From a virus: a stretch of DNA of 64,000 nucleotides. Positions 45,337 through 54,287 of the stretch are shown here, in pieces. The number at the start of each line of letters is the position of its first letter. Positions within the stretch are counted from its first letter, which is position 1. The stretch spans positions 165,889 through 229,888 of the IMG/VR virus record IMGVR_UViG_3300045988_154312, one strand, 5' to 3'. The notes under the pieces are model-generated. The model had not been told where the DNA came from and ran no database searches. It was given only the letters and a program-made list of their open reading frames with translations. Position numbers and translations under genes: made by a program.

Positions 45337-46248
45337 AAAACAAGTTTAATTCTTGAAACAATCGGTAAGATGCACCGTGAAAACTCAGAAGGTCATTTTG
45401 CTTTATGGCTTGAAAGCGAAGCATCACTAAACTTAGATTATATGGTAAATCAGTTTGGTATCGATCCAGAACGATTTTTCTTTATTCAGTTCGATCGAAA
45501 CCATTCGGCCGAACAATGTTTAGATCAAGCTGAATCATTATTGCAAACTGGCGTATTCGATTTATTCTGTATCAATACATTAAAAGCATTAATTCCAGAA
45601 TCTGAAATGAATAAATCGATGGAACAAATTAATGTTGGTGCCGCTGCGCGAATGAATAGTCGGGCAATGGGTAAATTCGTACCGTTGATTAAACAATATA
45701 AAACGGCAATGGTATTAATCCAACATTTAACGACTAACATCGGTGGTTTTAGTATGTATGGCGACAATTTAATTTTAGCTGGCGGTCGTGCTATTCGTAC
45801 GGCTAGCATACTAACTGTCGAAATGCGTAAAGCTAGTATATTGGATACTGATCCTATCGGTAAAGAAGACGGTATTAAAATTAATTGTAAGATTACTAAA
45901 AACCATTGTATTCCGAGAGAATTCCCGTATCGTAAATTTACGTATTATGCAATCTTTGGTGAAGGCATCGAACAAATTCTTAGTACACTCGATGAATTAA
46001 TCGATATGGGTATTATTCATAAAGCTGGTGCTTGGATGCAACAGCTTGATCCAGAGACTGGAGAGATTGTCGACAAATGGAATGGCCGTAATGCCTTTAG
46101 AGAAGACATGAAAGCCAATCCTGATAAACTTGAAAAGCTTAAATCTTTAGTTCACGGTACCTTCGAAACTCTTAGCGAAGAAGAGGTTGTCGAAATTAAA
46201 GAACAAGAAAAATTAGCCGAAGAAGCTGAAGAGGCTACTAATGGCTAA
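45337..46248 (+). CDS. recA: RecA recombinase, exon 2 (starts KTSLILE...)
   Basis: Junction restores GAEDSGKTS; downstream blocks typical of RecA (VGAAARMNSRAMGKF, MVLIQHLT, LAGGRAI, KNH, FGEGI, KAGAW). Confidence 0.85.
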   Translation, partial: KTSLILETIGKMHRENSEGHFALWLESEASLNLDYMVNQFGIDPERFFFIQFDRNHSAEQCLDQAESLLQTGVFDLFCINTLKALIPESEMNKSMEQINVGAAARMNSRAMGKFVPLIKQYKTAMVLIQHLTTNIGGFSMYGDNLILAGGRAIRTASILTVEMRKASILDTDPIGKEDGIKINCKITKNHCIPREFPYRKFTYYAIFGEGIEQILSTLDELIDMGIIHKAGAWMQQLDPETGEIVDKWNGRNAFREDMKANPDKLEKLKSLVHGTFETLSEEEVVEIKEQEKLAEEAEEATNG

Positions 46249-46864
46249 TTGTTTATTCGGAGATGAGTGGTATACATGTCTTACCGTTACGGGAAATAAA
46301 TGTACAGAATGTATTAAACATGACTCTGAACTAAGTAAGAAAAAATTAAAACAAACTAAATTTAAAGCCCGTCCGGATAAACGGATGGGCTCTAAATTTG
46401 AGTTGAAGAATCATAATGCTAACGAAGCTTTAGTTAACGATGTCGTTAATAGAATGACTCCTAATAGTGGAGCGGGCAAGATTAAAGGCGATCAAGAAAT
46501 TAAAGGTATTATTAGCGTTAGCGAAGAATTAAAAACTCAAGTAGCTGAAAAGGCTCGCGGAAAGAAAACATTTACGATCCATAAAGAATGGCTCGATAAA
46601 TTAAAGCGAGAATCTCAGGATCGAGAATTTTACTACTTGAAATTTTGTTTTCACGAAAGTGAAGACGATGTATTTGTCGTCGTCGATCAAGAAATCATTA
46701 TGTCTATGATTAAGACTATGATCGAAGACAGGAGAAAGGCTAATAATGCTGATCATCTAATACGATTAGCTAATCTCGAACGAGATAAAGCTATAGCCGA
46801 AAATAATCTATTAAGAGCCGAGAAGGCACTGTTGGAGGAAAAGATAAATGAGCCTACTGAATGA
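46241..46864 (+). CDS. possible PD-(D/E)xK nuclease / Hjc-like Holliday junction resolvase
   Basis: N-terminal Cys cluster; G-x-x-FE ... SGAGKIKGDQEI ... SEELK pattern. Confidence 0.35.
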   Translation: MANCLFGDEWYTCLTVTGNKCTECIKHDSELSKKKLKQTKFKARPDKRMGSKFELKNHNANEALVNDVVNRMTPNSGAGKIKGDQEIKGIISVSEELKTQVAEKARGKKTFTIHKEWLDKLKRESQDREFYYLKFCFHESEDDVFVVVDQEIIMSMIKTMIEDRRKANNADHLIRLANLERDKAIAENNLLRAEKALLEEKINEPTE

Positions 46865-47471
46865 AGCTCGTAGTAAACATGCCGAACGTATCTGGAACGA
46901 ATATTTAGAAAATTACAAACAATATCCTGTTCCAGAATATGTAAAGCAAGATTTATTACTACCTATTAACTCAGAGCCTGAAAAGCGTAGCGATATTATA
47001 ATTATTAAAGATCCGTATCCAGAAAGTACATCTGTATTTGATAGAGATCATGTATATGCTTCAGTGTTTAAAGTATTAAATAAGAATATTCCGATTAAAG
47101 GTAATACTGTTATCGATTGCTTGCCATATACTCCGTTCGTTACGATCGGAGATAAAATTAAATATCGTGCGCCAAATCTTGAAGAGCAAAAGATTGCACG
47201 ACAATATTTATACGAACTAATCGATTGCGTTAACCCTAAGTTGATTATCTTATTCGGGAATATTTCTTTACATATGTTTAAAGAAGATAGTACTATTTTA
47301 AAAGATAGAGGTACGGCTTTTACTAATATGGGTCATTTATTCTTCCCAATGTATAGTGTTAACTATATTAAAAAATTAGAAGGAGAGATGAAGAAAGAAG
47401 CCGAATCTATTCTAATTAAAGATATCGAAACGTGTAGTGCACTATATAAAACAATTATGGAGGAAAAATAA
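46848..47471 (+). CDS. uracil-DNA glycosylase superfamily-like protein (divergent)
   Basis: ...RAPNLEEQKIARQYLYELIDCVNPKLIILFGNISLHMF resembles the family 4/5 UDG core; canonical motifs are not intact. Confidence 0.35.
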   Translation: MSLLNEARSKHAERIWNEYLENYKQYPVPEYVKQDLLLPINSEPEKRSDIIIIKDPYPESTSVFDRDHVYASVFKVLNKNIPIKGNTVIDCLPYTPFVTIGDKIKYRAPNLEEQKIARQYLYELIDCVNPKLIILFGNISLHMFKEDSTILKDRGTAFTNMGHLFFPMYSVNYIKKLEGEMKKEAESILIKDIETCSALYKTIMEEK

Positions 47472-48163
47472 TGCCGTTAGATAAAGATTTTGATCTATTT
47501 GATGAAATCGAAGATCAGGAAGTACCTGGTCTAGATACTGAACTTAAAGAAGAATCTAAACTAGATCTTATTACAGATGAAGATACTGTTACTATTAAAG
47601 AAGAAGTAACAGAAGAAATTAACGAAGAAACTGTTAAGGAAGATGAAGTTGTCGAAGACAACGAACCAATTAAGAAAATTAAAACGACAGGTGAAACATT
47701 TAATCGTATCAGTGATTTTATTGTCAATCCTGTAGCTGACGATGAATGGGAACGCTTTAAAAACGATACCTTGATTAAAATGTCTGGTATTCAAATTAAA
47801 GAAAACATTCCGCCTAACGTTATTTTACATGTAGCAGCTGATTTGGATAGCATGTATAGTTCTATCTACGATAAATATATGGAGACAAAAACTGGCTTAG
47901 AAAATTTTACGAATAAAGAAGACGGTATTTTAGCCGTTATTAAGGCAACGAATGCTAAAGGTTCTAACGAAACAGAACGTAAGGCTAATGGCGTTGCTGC
48001 AGCTGAAAAATATAAAATCGATAAGACAACTGTTAATTTATTTCATTTGATTGCAGAAACACGTAGTCGTTTGAATTTCTTGCAAGGAATTATTGACCAA
48101 GTTCGTTTTAAGAAAGATTTATTAGTGACAGCATCTGCTGCAATTAAGGTATTAAATAAGTAG
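47471..48163 (+). CDS. hypothetical protein with an acidic N-terminal half
   Basis: 230-aa ORF; ATAATG coupling. Confidence 0.6.
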   Translation: MPLDKDFDLFDEIEDQEVPGLDTELKEESKLDLITDEDTVTIKEEVTEEINEETVKEDEVVEDNEPIKKIKTTGETFNRISDFIVNPVADDEWERFKNDTLIKMSGIQIKENIPPNVILHVAADLDSMYSSIYDKYMETKTGLENFTNKEDGILAVIKATNAKGSNETERKANGVAAAEKYKIDKTTVNLFHLIAETRSRLNFLQGIIDQVRFKKDLLVTASAAIKVLNK

Positions 48164-48230
48164 ACAAATAGCTTCTTTTATGATATTATAATTGTATAAA
48201 CAATGTAATTATTATAAAGGAGCATTTTCT

Positions 48231-48860
48231 ATGTTAACATTAAAAGAAATTTTTCAAACAAGAAATATCAGTCAAGACTTTTTTAAGTCTAATAAGTATG
48301 TGAATCAAGGCGCATCATATTTAAGTATTGATGACGTTACTATGATTCTTAATGAGTTGTTTAATGGCAACTGGTCTTTTGAAGTAGTACGTACTTGGTC
48401 AGAAACATATCTCGCTTATAATCAAGAAAAATCTGATAATAAGACAGAAGACACATATTTCTATGCCCACGGTCGTTTAACTATTAATACATTAAACGAA
48501 GACGGATCTCCTTTACAAATTATTAAAGAAGATATTGGCAGTAATTGTGTTCGTAAGTCTGATAAAAATAATAGAATGGATTATTCTAGCGGATATAAAT
48601 CTGCCGTAAGTAGTGCTTTAAAAGGCTGTGCTGCCAACTTAAATATTGCTGTATTTAAAGATGATAATTTCGACAATATTAAAGAATTTATTAATAAGAA
48701 AAAACTTAAAGCATATAAAGCTCAGGATGGAAAATGTTTTAGTGATATTGTTACTAAGTTTGCAGAAAATAATAATATTAGTCCAAAAGAAGCTTTAAGT
48801 GATCGTAAATTCTTAAATATGTTAGTATTATACATCGAAAGAGAAAGTGGCGAACAATAA
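48231..48860 (+). CDS. Rad52/Sak-type single-strand annealing protein
   Basis: ATG at 48231 after aaaggagc; ...ASYLSIDDVTMILNELFNGNWSFEV ... YKSAVSSALKGCAANLNIAV. Confidence 0.6.
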   Translation: MLTLKEIFQTRNISQDFFKSNKYVNQGASYLSIDDVTMILNELFNGNWSFEVVRTWSETYLAYNQEKSDNKTEDTYFYAHGRLTINTLNEDGSPLQIIKEDIGSNCVRKSDKNNRMDYSSGYKSAVSSALKGCAANLNIAVFKDDNFDNIKEFINKKKLKAYKAQDGKCFSDIVTKFAENNNISPKEALSDRKFLNMLVLYIERESGEQ

Positions 48861-49051
48861 TGATTATTTCAGATCCAGAGGATAAAGTATATTTTAAATG
48901 TCCTCGATGCGGGAATCGACGATTCGAAAAGGTCGAGTTATTTGAGTTCAAAATGTTCCCACGACAAAATGAATATACTGCATTAAAAGATGCGGATGTT
49001 TATCGTTGTCATAACTGTAAACATATCGTAACGAAAGATCAAGTCCGTTAA
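48860..49051 (+). CDS. small zinc-ribbon protein
   Basis: CPRCGN ... CHNCKH. Confidence 0.6.
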   Translation: MIISDPEDKVYFKCPRCGNRRFEKVELFEFKMFPRQNEYTALKDADVYRCHNCKHIVTKDQVR

Positions 49052-49068
49052 GGGCTTGGTCTTTTTTT
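49036..49068 (+). terminator. rho-independent terminator overlapping a stop codon
   Basis: agatcaag ... cttggtct (one G-U) plus T7. Confidence 0.7.
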
Positions 49069-49087
49069 ATTAGTATAGGAGACAACA

Positions 49088-49702
49088 ATGTTAATTAATT
49101 TGTACGATTATCGAATTAACATTAGAACGGCTGGCCCATCGATGCACGATAATTTGCGAAGTGAATTATACTTTGCGGGTTGTCAACGTGCTATGAATGG
49201 TACACCATGTAAGGGTTGTTTTAACTATGATCTATGGCAAAGTGATGTCGGCAGCATGATCGATCACAAATTAATAGTTCTTAAGTTAAACGACATGGGA
49301 TCTGTTAAGAGTGTTACGATTGTCGGTGGTGAACCTACTGATCAAATCGATGGCTTAGTTGAATTATGTAAAGAATTAAAAGCTAACGGCTATCATATTA
49401 TCGTAATCACATGGAAGTCGTTAGAAGATATTTGGAAATTTGACGATGTCGATAAATATATCGAGTTATTCTATAACATCGATATGTTAGTCGATGGCGT
49501 ATACGATGAACATCAACGTATCTATGATGATACCGAAACAGTTCCGTTATATAGTTTTGTCGGTAGTTCTAATCAATTAATTCATGACTTCAGTAAGTAT
49601 ATTGAAGGTCATAAAGTTTTTAAATCATATCGCATCACAAAAGATATTATCGATATGAAAATTCGTGAAGATGGAGGGGCTGAATTTGTCCGACGTAATT
49701 AA
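49088..49702 (+). CDS. nrdG: anaerobic ribonucleotide reductase activating protein-like radical SAM enzyme
   Basis: FAGCQRAMNGTPCKGCFN cluster, VTIVGGEPT, LVDGVYD ... VGSSNQLIHDF (NrdG C-terminal signature). Confidence 0.7.
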   Translation: MLINLYDYRINIRTAGPSMHDNLRSELYFAGCQRAMNGTPCKGCFNYDLWQSDVGSMIDHKLIVLKLNDMGSVKSVTIVGGEPTDQIDGLVELCKELKANGYHIIVITWKSLEDIWKFDDVDKYIELFYNIDMLVDGVYDEHQRIYDDTETVPLYSFVGSSNQLIHDFSKYIEGHKVFKSYRITKDIIDMKIREDGGAEFVRRN

Positions 49703-50162
49703 TATTAAAGAAACATTAATTAATACATCATTAATTTTAGATCAAGATAAAAAGAACTTTTCTATTAAATACGATCTTAATATCGATGAAGACGATGCTG
49801 TATTAAATTTTAGCATTACTAGTGCTGATAATAAACAAACGATTACTGAACATTTAGATTGGGATGAAGATGTTATCCCGATGCTAAGTAAATGTATTAA
49901 AGGTAAATGTTCGTTAACAGAATTAAAACAATATAACGATTATGTTAAAACATTAGTCGCTGAAAAATTTACGTTAGATTTTCTTAATGGTTTCGTCGAT
50001 ACTCTCGAAATATTCTATCAAGAAGTATGTAAAATTAGCGATAGAACTATTGCTGCTAAACTTAATAGTGGTTTTACCGAAACTATTAAGACAATGGATA
50101 TTTTTATTACTCAAATGAATGAATATCTCGAAGAAGATAGAAAAATTAGTTTGAGTGCTTAA
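49665..50162 (+). CDS. hypothetical protein (start uncertain)
   Basis: 165-aa ORF overlapping the nrdG end; a later TTG after ggagggg is possible. Confidence 0.5.
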   Translation: MKMEGLNLSDVINIKETLINTSLILDQDKKNFSIKYDLNIDEDDAVLNFSITSADNKQTITEHLDWDEDVIPMLSKCIKGKCSLTELKQYNDYVKTLVAEKFTLDFLNGFVDTLEIFYQEVCKISDRTIAAKLNSGFTETIKTMDIFITQMNEYLEEDRKISLSA

Positions 50163-50187
50163 TTTTAATTAACAAAAGGAAGTAAAA

Positions 50188-51264
50188 ATGGATAATCTTA
50201 AATTAATTAACATGGGTAAAGGTAACGGCTATCGCCCTGTCGTATGGATTAAATCTTTAGAACGCGAACGTGCGATGTCTTATGTATTTAATCTTATCGA
50301 CGAAGATAATCGTAGTTTAGGTTCTTCTGATTTAGAAGATTGTTTCGCAGAAACAGAATCTAAAAAAGTATTGGTATTATCTCCCGAAAGATTTTTAGGA
50401 GAGTTTAATCTTAATTCTTTAAAAAATAAAAAAGAGCGTTCTTTCGACTATAACGAAGATATTAAAGTAATCGATACGCTTAAAAATAAACAACAAATTC
50501 GTAATGCATTAATGGCATTAGAAGCATTAAAAGAAAATGAATTAAAAGGTTTGCCTGCATTATTTATCGAGCCAAATTTATTGTTTACGAATGAAACATA
50601 TTTGTATTTGTTTAGTAATATGATTAATTTTAAAGCCGATGGTTCTGCTATTTATGTCGTATCAACAGTAAGTCCTAATGAAAAGATTAAGAACTTATGC
50701 TACGAAATTGATCTCGATGCTCTTACGCTAAAAGAAATCAAACGTTATTTAAATAAATATGAATGTGAAGACATCGATAAATGTGCCGAAGCTTTGTTAG
50801 GTCTTACGTATATTCAAATGTTACAAACTATTGAATATGTAGCTGATAATAAGACTATTAACGAAGCTGAAATTCATAAATTTAAATCTGAAAACTTCGA
50901 TACAAGTATGCTCGAAGTAAGTCATCCTACTATGTCTGTCGACGATATGGGTGGCTATAAAGATTTTAAAGATTATGTAAAAACATTACCAATGTTCTAT
51001 ACAAAAGAAGCACGCGAAAAGCATATTAAATCTCCTAAAGGTTTTATTGCGTTTGGTGTGCCAGGTTGCTCTAAAACTGTATCGGCAAGTATTATTGCAA
51101 ATACATTAAATGTTCCGTTAGTTAATATTAATTTGAGTAAAATTATGCAAGGCTTTGTTGGTGCTTCTGAAGCTAATATGGAACAAGCACTTAACCAAGT
51201 AAAACAGTTAAAATACTGTGTCTTGTTGCTTGACGAAGCGGAAAAGCTCTTTGGCGGTTATTAT
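50188..51264 (+). CDS. AAA+ ATPase, exon 1 (through Walker B, ...LLLDEAEKLFGGYY)
   Basis: Walker A GVPGCSKT; Walker B LLLDEAE; stop codon immediately after the proposed 5-prime splice site. Confidence 0.75.
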
Positions 51265-52772
51265 TAAGAGTTTGCAAATACCTTTTTTATCCTGTAATAT
51301 ATAGTTAAATACTAGTTATTTACAGGAGTTTAACATGGAAAACAATAAAAATAAATGGATATTCTATACATGTAAAAATTGTAGCTCGGAATTTAAACGT
51401 ATGAGATGCGACGTTAATTTTCGAAAAAAGAAAAATCCAGACTTTGAACCATTATTTTGTTCAAAAAAATGCATGCATGAATTTGCTCATAAAAACATTG
51501 TATATCATGACTACATCTGTCTTGAATGTGGAAATATGTTTCAAAAAAGTGAGCGAGAAATTAAAAATGCTAATAAAAAAAATCAGCCTATAAAATTCTG
51601 TTCTCGAGAATGTAAAGATAAACATTGGGGACGTAATCAGTTAAATGTAAAATGTGATTGCTGTGGGAAAGATTTTAAGGTACAACGAAAATTTAAAAAC
51701 AAAAAACATTATTTTTGTTCTTCTAATTGTTGTAAAAAATTTAATGAAGATAATAATCTTCGAGGAACAACTATTGATTTAATTTGTAAAAAATGCGGAA
51801 AGACTTTTACAGTTACAAATAGTTATCTTAAAAAACAATTAAAAAGAAAACAAAATGTAGTATATTGTTCATTAGAATGTAAAAATTCTGATCATGAAAA
51901 TTTTAAAAAAAAATATGATTACAAATTAGAAAGTTTAAAATGTGATTATTGTGGCAAAAGAATAGAAAAAGGTTTAAATCGATTAAAAGATTATTTTCTT
52001 GGTAAAAATAAACACATTTATTGTTCTAATGAATGTGCCACTTTGGCAAAGAAAAAACAAATCGAAGTTTCTTGTGACTATTGTCATAAAAAATATACTA
52101 TAAATGAATATCGTTTTAAAAACAATAATAAAAATTTTTGTTGTTTAGAGCATAAGAAAGCATTTGTTCAAAAAGAAAAAGAAACGTATGCAGAAATATC
52201 GCATTATTTAAGAACATCTAAAAAATATAATACATGGAGGCTTTCATGTATGGAACGAGATAATTTTAAATGTGTAGAATGTCATGAAGATTCTAACTTA
52301 ATTGTTCATCATATTAATGAATTATATAATATTGTAAAAAAATATAATTTTATTTTAGATGACATATTAAATAGTTTTGAATTTAATGACATAAATAATG
52401 GTATGACATTATGTAAAGAATGTCATAATAAAAAACATCCATGGTTAAAAGATGAAAAAGGAAGATTTGTAAATAGCATAGCCGCGTCATTATCAACAGA
52501 TTCAGAAGATAATGACTAGCTTTGGGGAAAAAATCTGGAAGGCTAAGTTGTATTAATATACAATATGCTAATCAGAGGTGAAGGTTTAATAAAATTAAAC
52601 CAGCCGCAACGCGTAGTAGGTGAAAAGATATAATCCTACCAAGAGGCCCCAACCCTATGAATCTTTTATAAAGGTGAAAAGGTACGCTAAACTGGATCGG
52701 AAAAGACCGATCGATGAAAATGAAGGAAACTTCCAGAGCTGTATGTAAAAATATACAGGATAATAACATATG
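51265..52772 (+). mobile_element. group I intron carrying an HNH endonuclease ORF, interrupting the AAA+ ATPase
   Basis: P1 candidate: exon tattat pairs with gtaata (about 51293-51298) with U-G; Q/R/S-like blocks aatcagagg, cgcaacgcgtagta and aagatataatcc at 52570-52660; intron ends in G at 52772; both exons in phase 0. Confidence 0.65.
51335..52519 (+). CDS. HNH homing endonuclease with six tandem zinc-ribbon/FCS-like modules
   Basis: Six repeats of C-x2-C...[FY]C[SC]-x2-[CH]; C-terminal CVECH...HHIN...CKECHNKKH. Confidence 0.8.
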   Translation: MENNKNKWIFYTCKNCSSEFKRMRCDVNFRKKKNPDFEPLFCSKKCMHEFAHKNIVYHDYICLECGNMFQKSEREIKNANKKNQPIKFCSRECKDKHWGRNQLNVKCDCCGKDFKVQRKFKNKKHYFCSSNCCKKFNEDNNLRGTTIDLICKKCGKTFTVTNSYLKKQLKRKQNVVYCSLECKNSDHENFKKKYDYKLESLKCDYCGKRIEKGLNRLKDYFLGKNKHIYCSNECATLAKKKQIEVSCDYCHKKYTINEYRFKNNNKNFCCLEHKKAFVQKEKETYAEISHYLRTSKKYNTWRLSCMERDNFKCVECHEDSNLIVHHINELYNIVKKYNFILDDILNSFEFNDINNGMTLCKECHNKKHPWLKDEKGRFVNSIAASLSTDSEDND

Positions 52773-53339
52773 TATGCAAGTTCTAATAGTACTGATGGAG
52801 GCACTTTGTCTCGTGTAATGAGTCGTTTGTTAACATTCTTGCACGAAAATGAAAATACACTTACTATCTTTACTAGTAACGATATTACGAAGTTACCTCC
52901 AGAACTATTACGTGCTGGACGTATCGACAGTCAATGGTATTTCCCAGTACCTAATAAGAAAGAAGCTCGTGAAATCTTAGATATCTATTTAGCAAAATAT
53001 GATATTAAAGTAACGCCAGCTATGATGAAACATTTAATGTCTGGTATCGATAAATTTACTGGTGCTGAAATCGAACAAACTGTAATTAATTTACAACGTG
53101 TATTGTTCTTAAATCAAACAGAAACATTGACTAAGAAATTAATCGAAGAAGCATTAAGTACTATCGTACCAGTTACACGTAGCTCTACCGATGCAATTCG
53201 TATGCTCGAAGAACATGCTCGTCGCTTTGCTGTGTATGCATCTAAACCAGAAACTGATCTTATTAATGATAATGAAGACGAAGATTATTCTGTGTTTCAA
53301 GACGACGAAGAAGACGAAGCAGTAAGTATGTTTAAATAA
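52773..53339 (+). CDS. AAA+ ATPase, exon 2 (sensor/arginine-finger region and lid)
   Basis: ...IFTSNDITKLPPELLRAGRIDSQWYFPVPNKKEAREIL, the typical AAA second region of homology. Confidence 0.75.
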   Translation, partial: YASSNSTDGGTLSRVMSRLLTFLHENENTLTIFTSNDITKLPPELLRAGRIDSQWYFPVPNKKEAREILDIYLAKYDIKVTPAMMKHLMSGIDKFTGAEIEQTVINLQRVLFLNQTETLTKKLIEEALSTIVPVTRSSTDAIRMLEEHARRFAVYASKPETDLINDNEDEDYSVFQDDEEDEAVSMFK

Positions 53340-53355
53340 GGAATTAGATTAATAA

Positions 53356-53727
53356 ATGGCAATTATTAAGTTTAATGCTAATGCAAATGCTAAAAAAGAA
53401 TCTAATTCTGAAAAAGCTAAAGCATTAGCAAAACAATTAAATGAAAAAGCTGATAAGAAATTGAAGGAGGAGGCACAGATTCTCATTCGAGATATCAATG
53501 TCTGCCTTCAATCTCTTCAAGCTTTCGAAGCATTAACAGAAGATGTATTTCCCGTAAGTGAAGTATTAGCCGACACATTATCGACTATTACACGAGTTAT
53601 TATTGACTCTAAGGGGAATACATTCTATAATGATAGTAAGGCAGTCGAACTTCGTCAAAAAGCGAAAAAAGGCTATATTAAACGAACTTTTCCTAAAGAA
53701 TATAAGTTCGTTAAAGATAATATCTAG
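53356..53727 (+). CDS. hypothetical protein
   Basis: 123-aa ORF. Confidence 0.6.
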   Translation: MAIIKFNANANAKKESNSEKAKALAKQLNEKADKKLKEEAQILIRDINVCLQSLQAFEALTEDVFPVSEVLADTLSTITRVIIDSKGNTFYNDSKAVELRQKAKKGYIKRTFPKEYKFVKDNI

Positions 53728-53735
53728 GTAATATA

Positions 53736-53760
53736 TAATTACGATACCGTAATTATTTTT
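53736..53760 (+). terminator. rho-independent terminator
   Basis: taattacg-atac-cgtaatta plus T5. Confidence 0.65.
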
Positions 53761-53805
53761 ACAATATATACGTATATTTTATTTTAAAACAGGAGGACAA
53801 TTATT

Positions 53806-54213
53806 ATGTCTAAATACGTACGTCAACAAATCGAAACTTTATCTGATGTGGATCAATCCGTTTTCATGCAAATGATGCAAGACGATCGTTTTGAAAAAGG
53901 CTTTACAGTCGACTTCGACGATAAACGCCTTGCTGACAATTACTATGGCGTAACAGTACCAAGAGATCAACGTGATGTTGATTGCACTGTTCGCATCAAT
54001 GGTAAAACTCAAGTCGGTCTTGTATTCAAAGAAGATGGTAAACTTGAAATCCGTGGCGATTTCTGGGGCACTAGCATGTCTTTGAAAACTTTGTCCGAAC
54101 AATTGGGTATGTTGTATCAAGCATATAACTTTGCTTATCAATTGGACGCTATGAATTTCATGGGTCAAATCGAACAAACTCAAGATTATATCGAACTTAC
54201 TTATACTCGATAA
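53806..54213 (+). CDS. DUF1257-like protein
   Basis: 135 aa; aggagga SD; pattern and genomic pairing with a DUF2997-like gene and an AAA ATPase. Confidence 0.45.
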   Translation: MSKYVRQQIETLSDVDQSVFMQMMQDDRFEKGFTVDFDDKRLADNYYGVTVPRDQRDVDCTVRINGKTQVGLVFKEDGKLEIRGDFWGTSMSLKTLSEQLGMLYQAYNFAYQLDAMNFMGQIEQTQDYIELTYTR

Positions 54214-54224
54214 TATAAATAATA

Positions 54225-54252
54225 AGGGGTCGTTTTTCGGCCCCTTTTATTT
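54225..54252 (+). terminator. rho-independent terminator
   Basis: aggggtcg-ttttt-cggcccct plus a T-run. Confidence 0.8.
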
Positions 54253-54287
54253 ATTTTTTTAGTTAATCAGAAAAGGAAGATTTAAAA

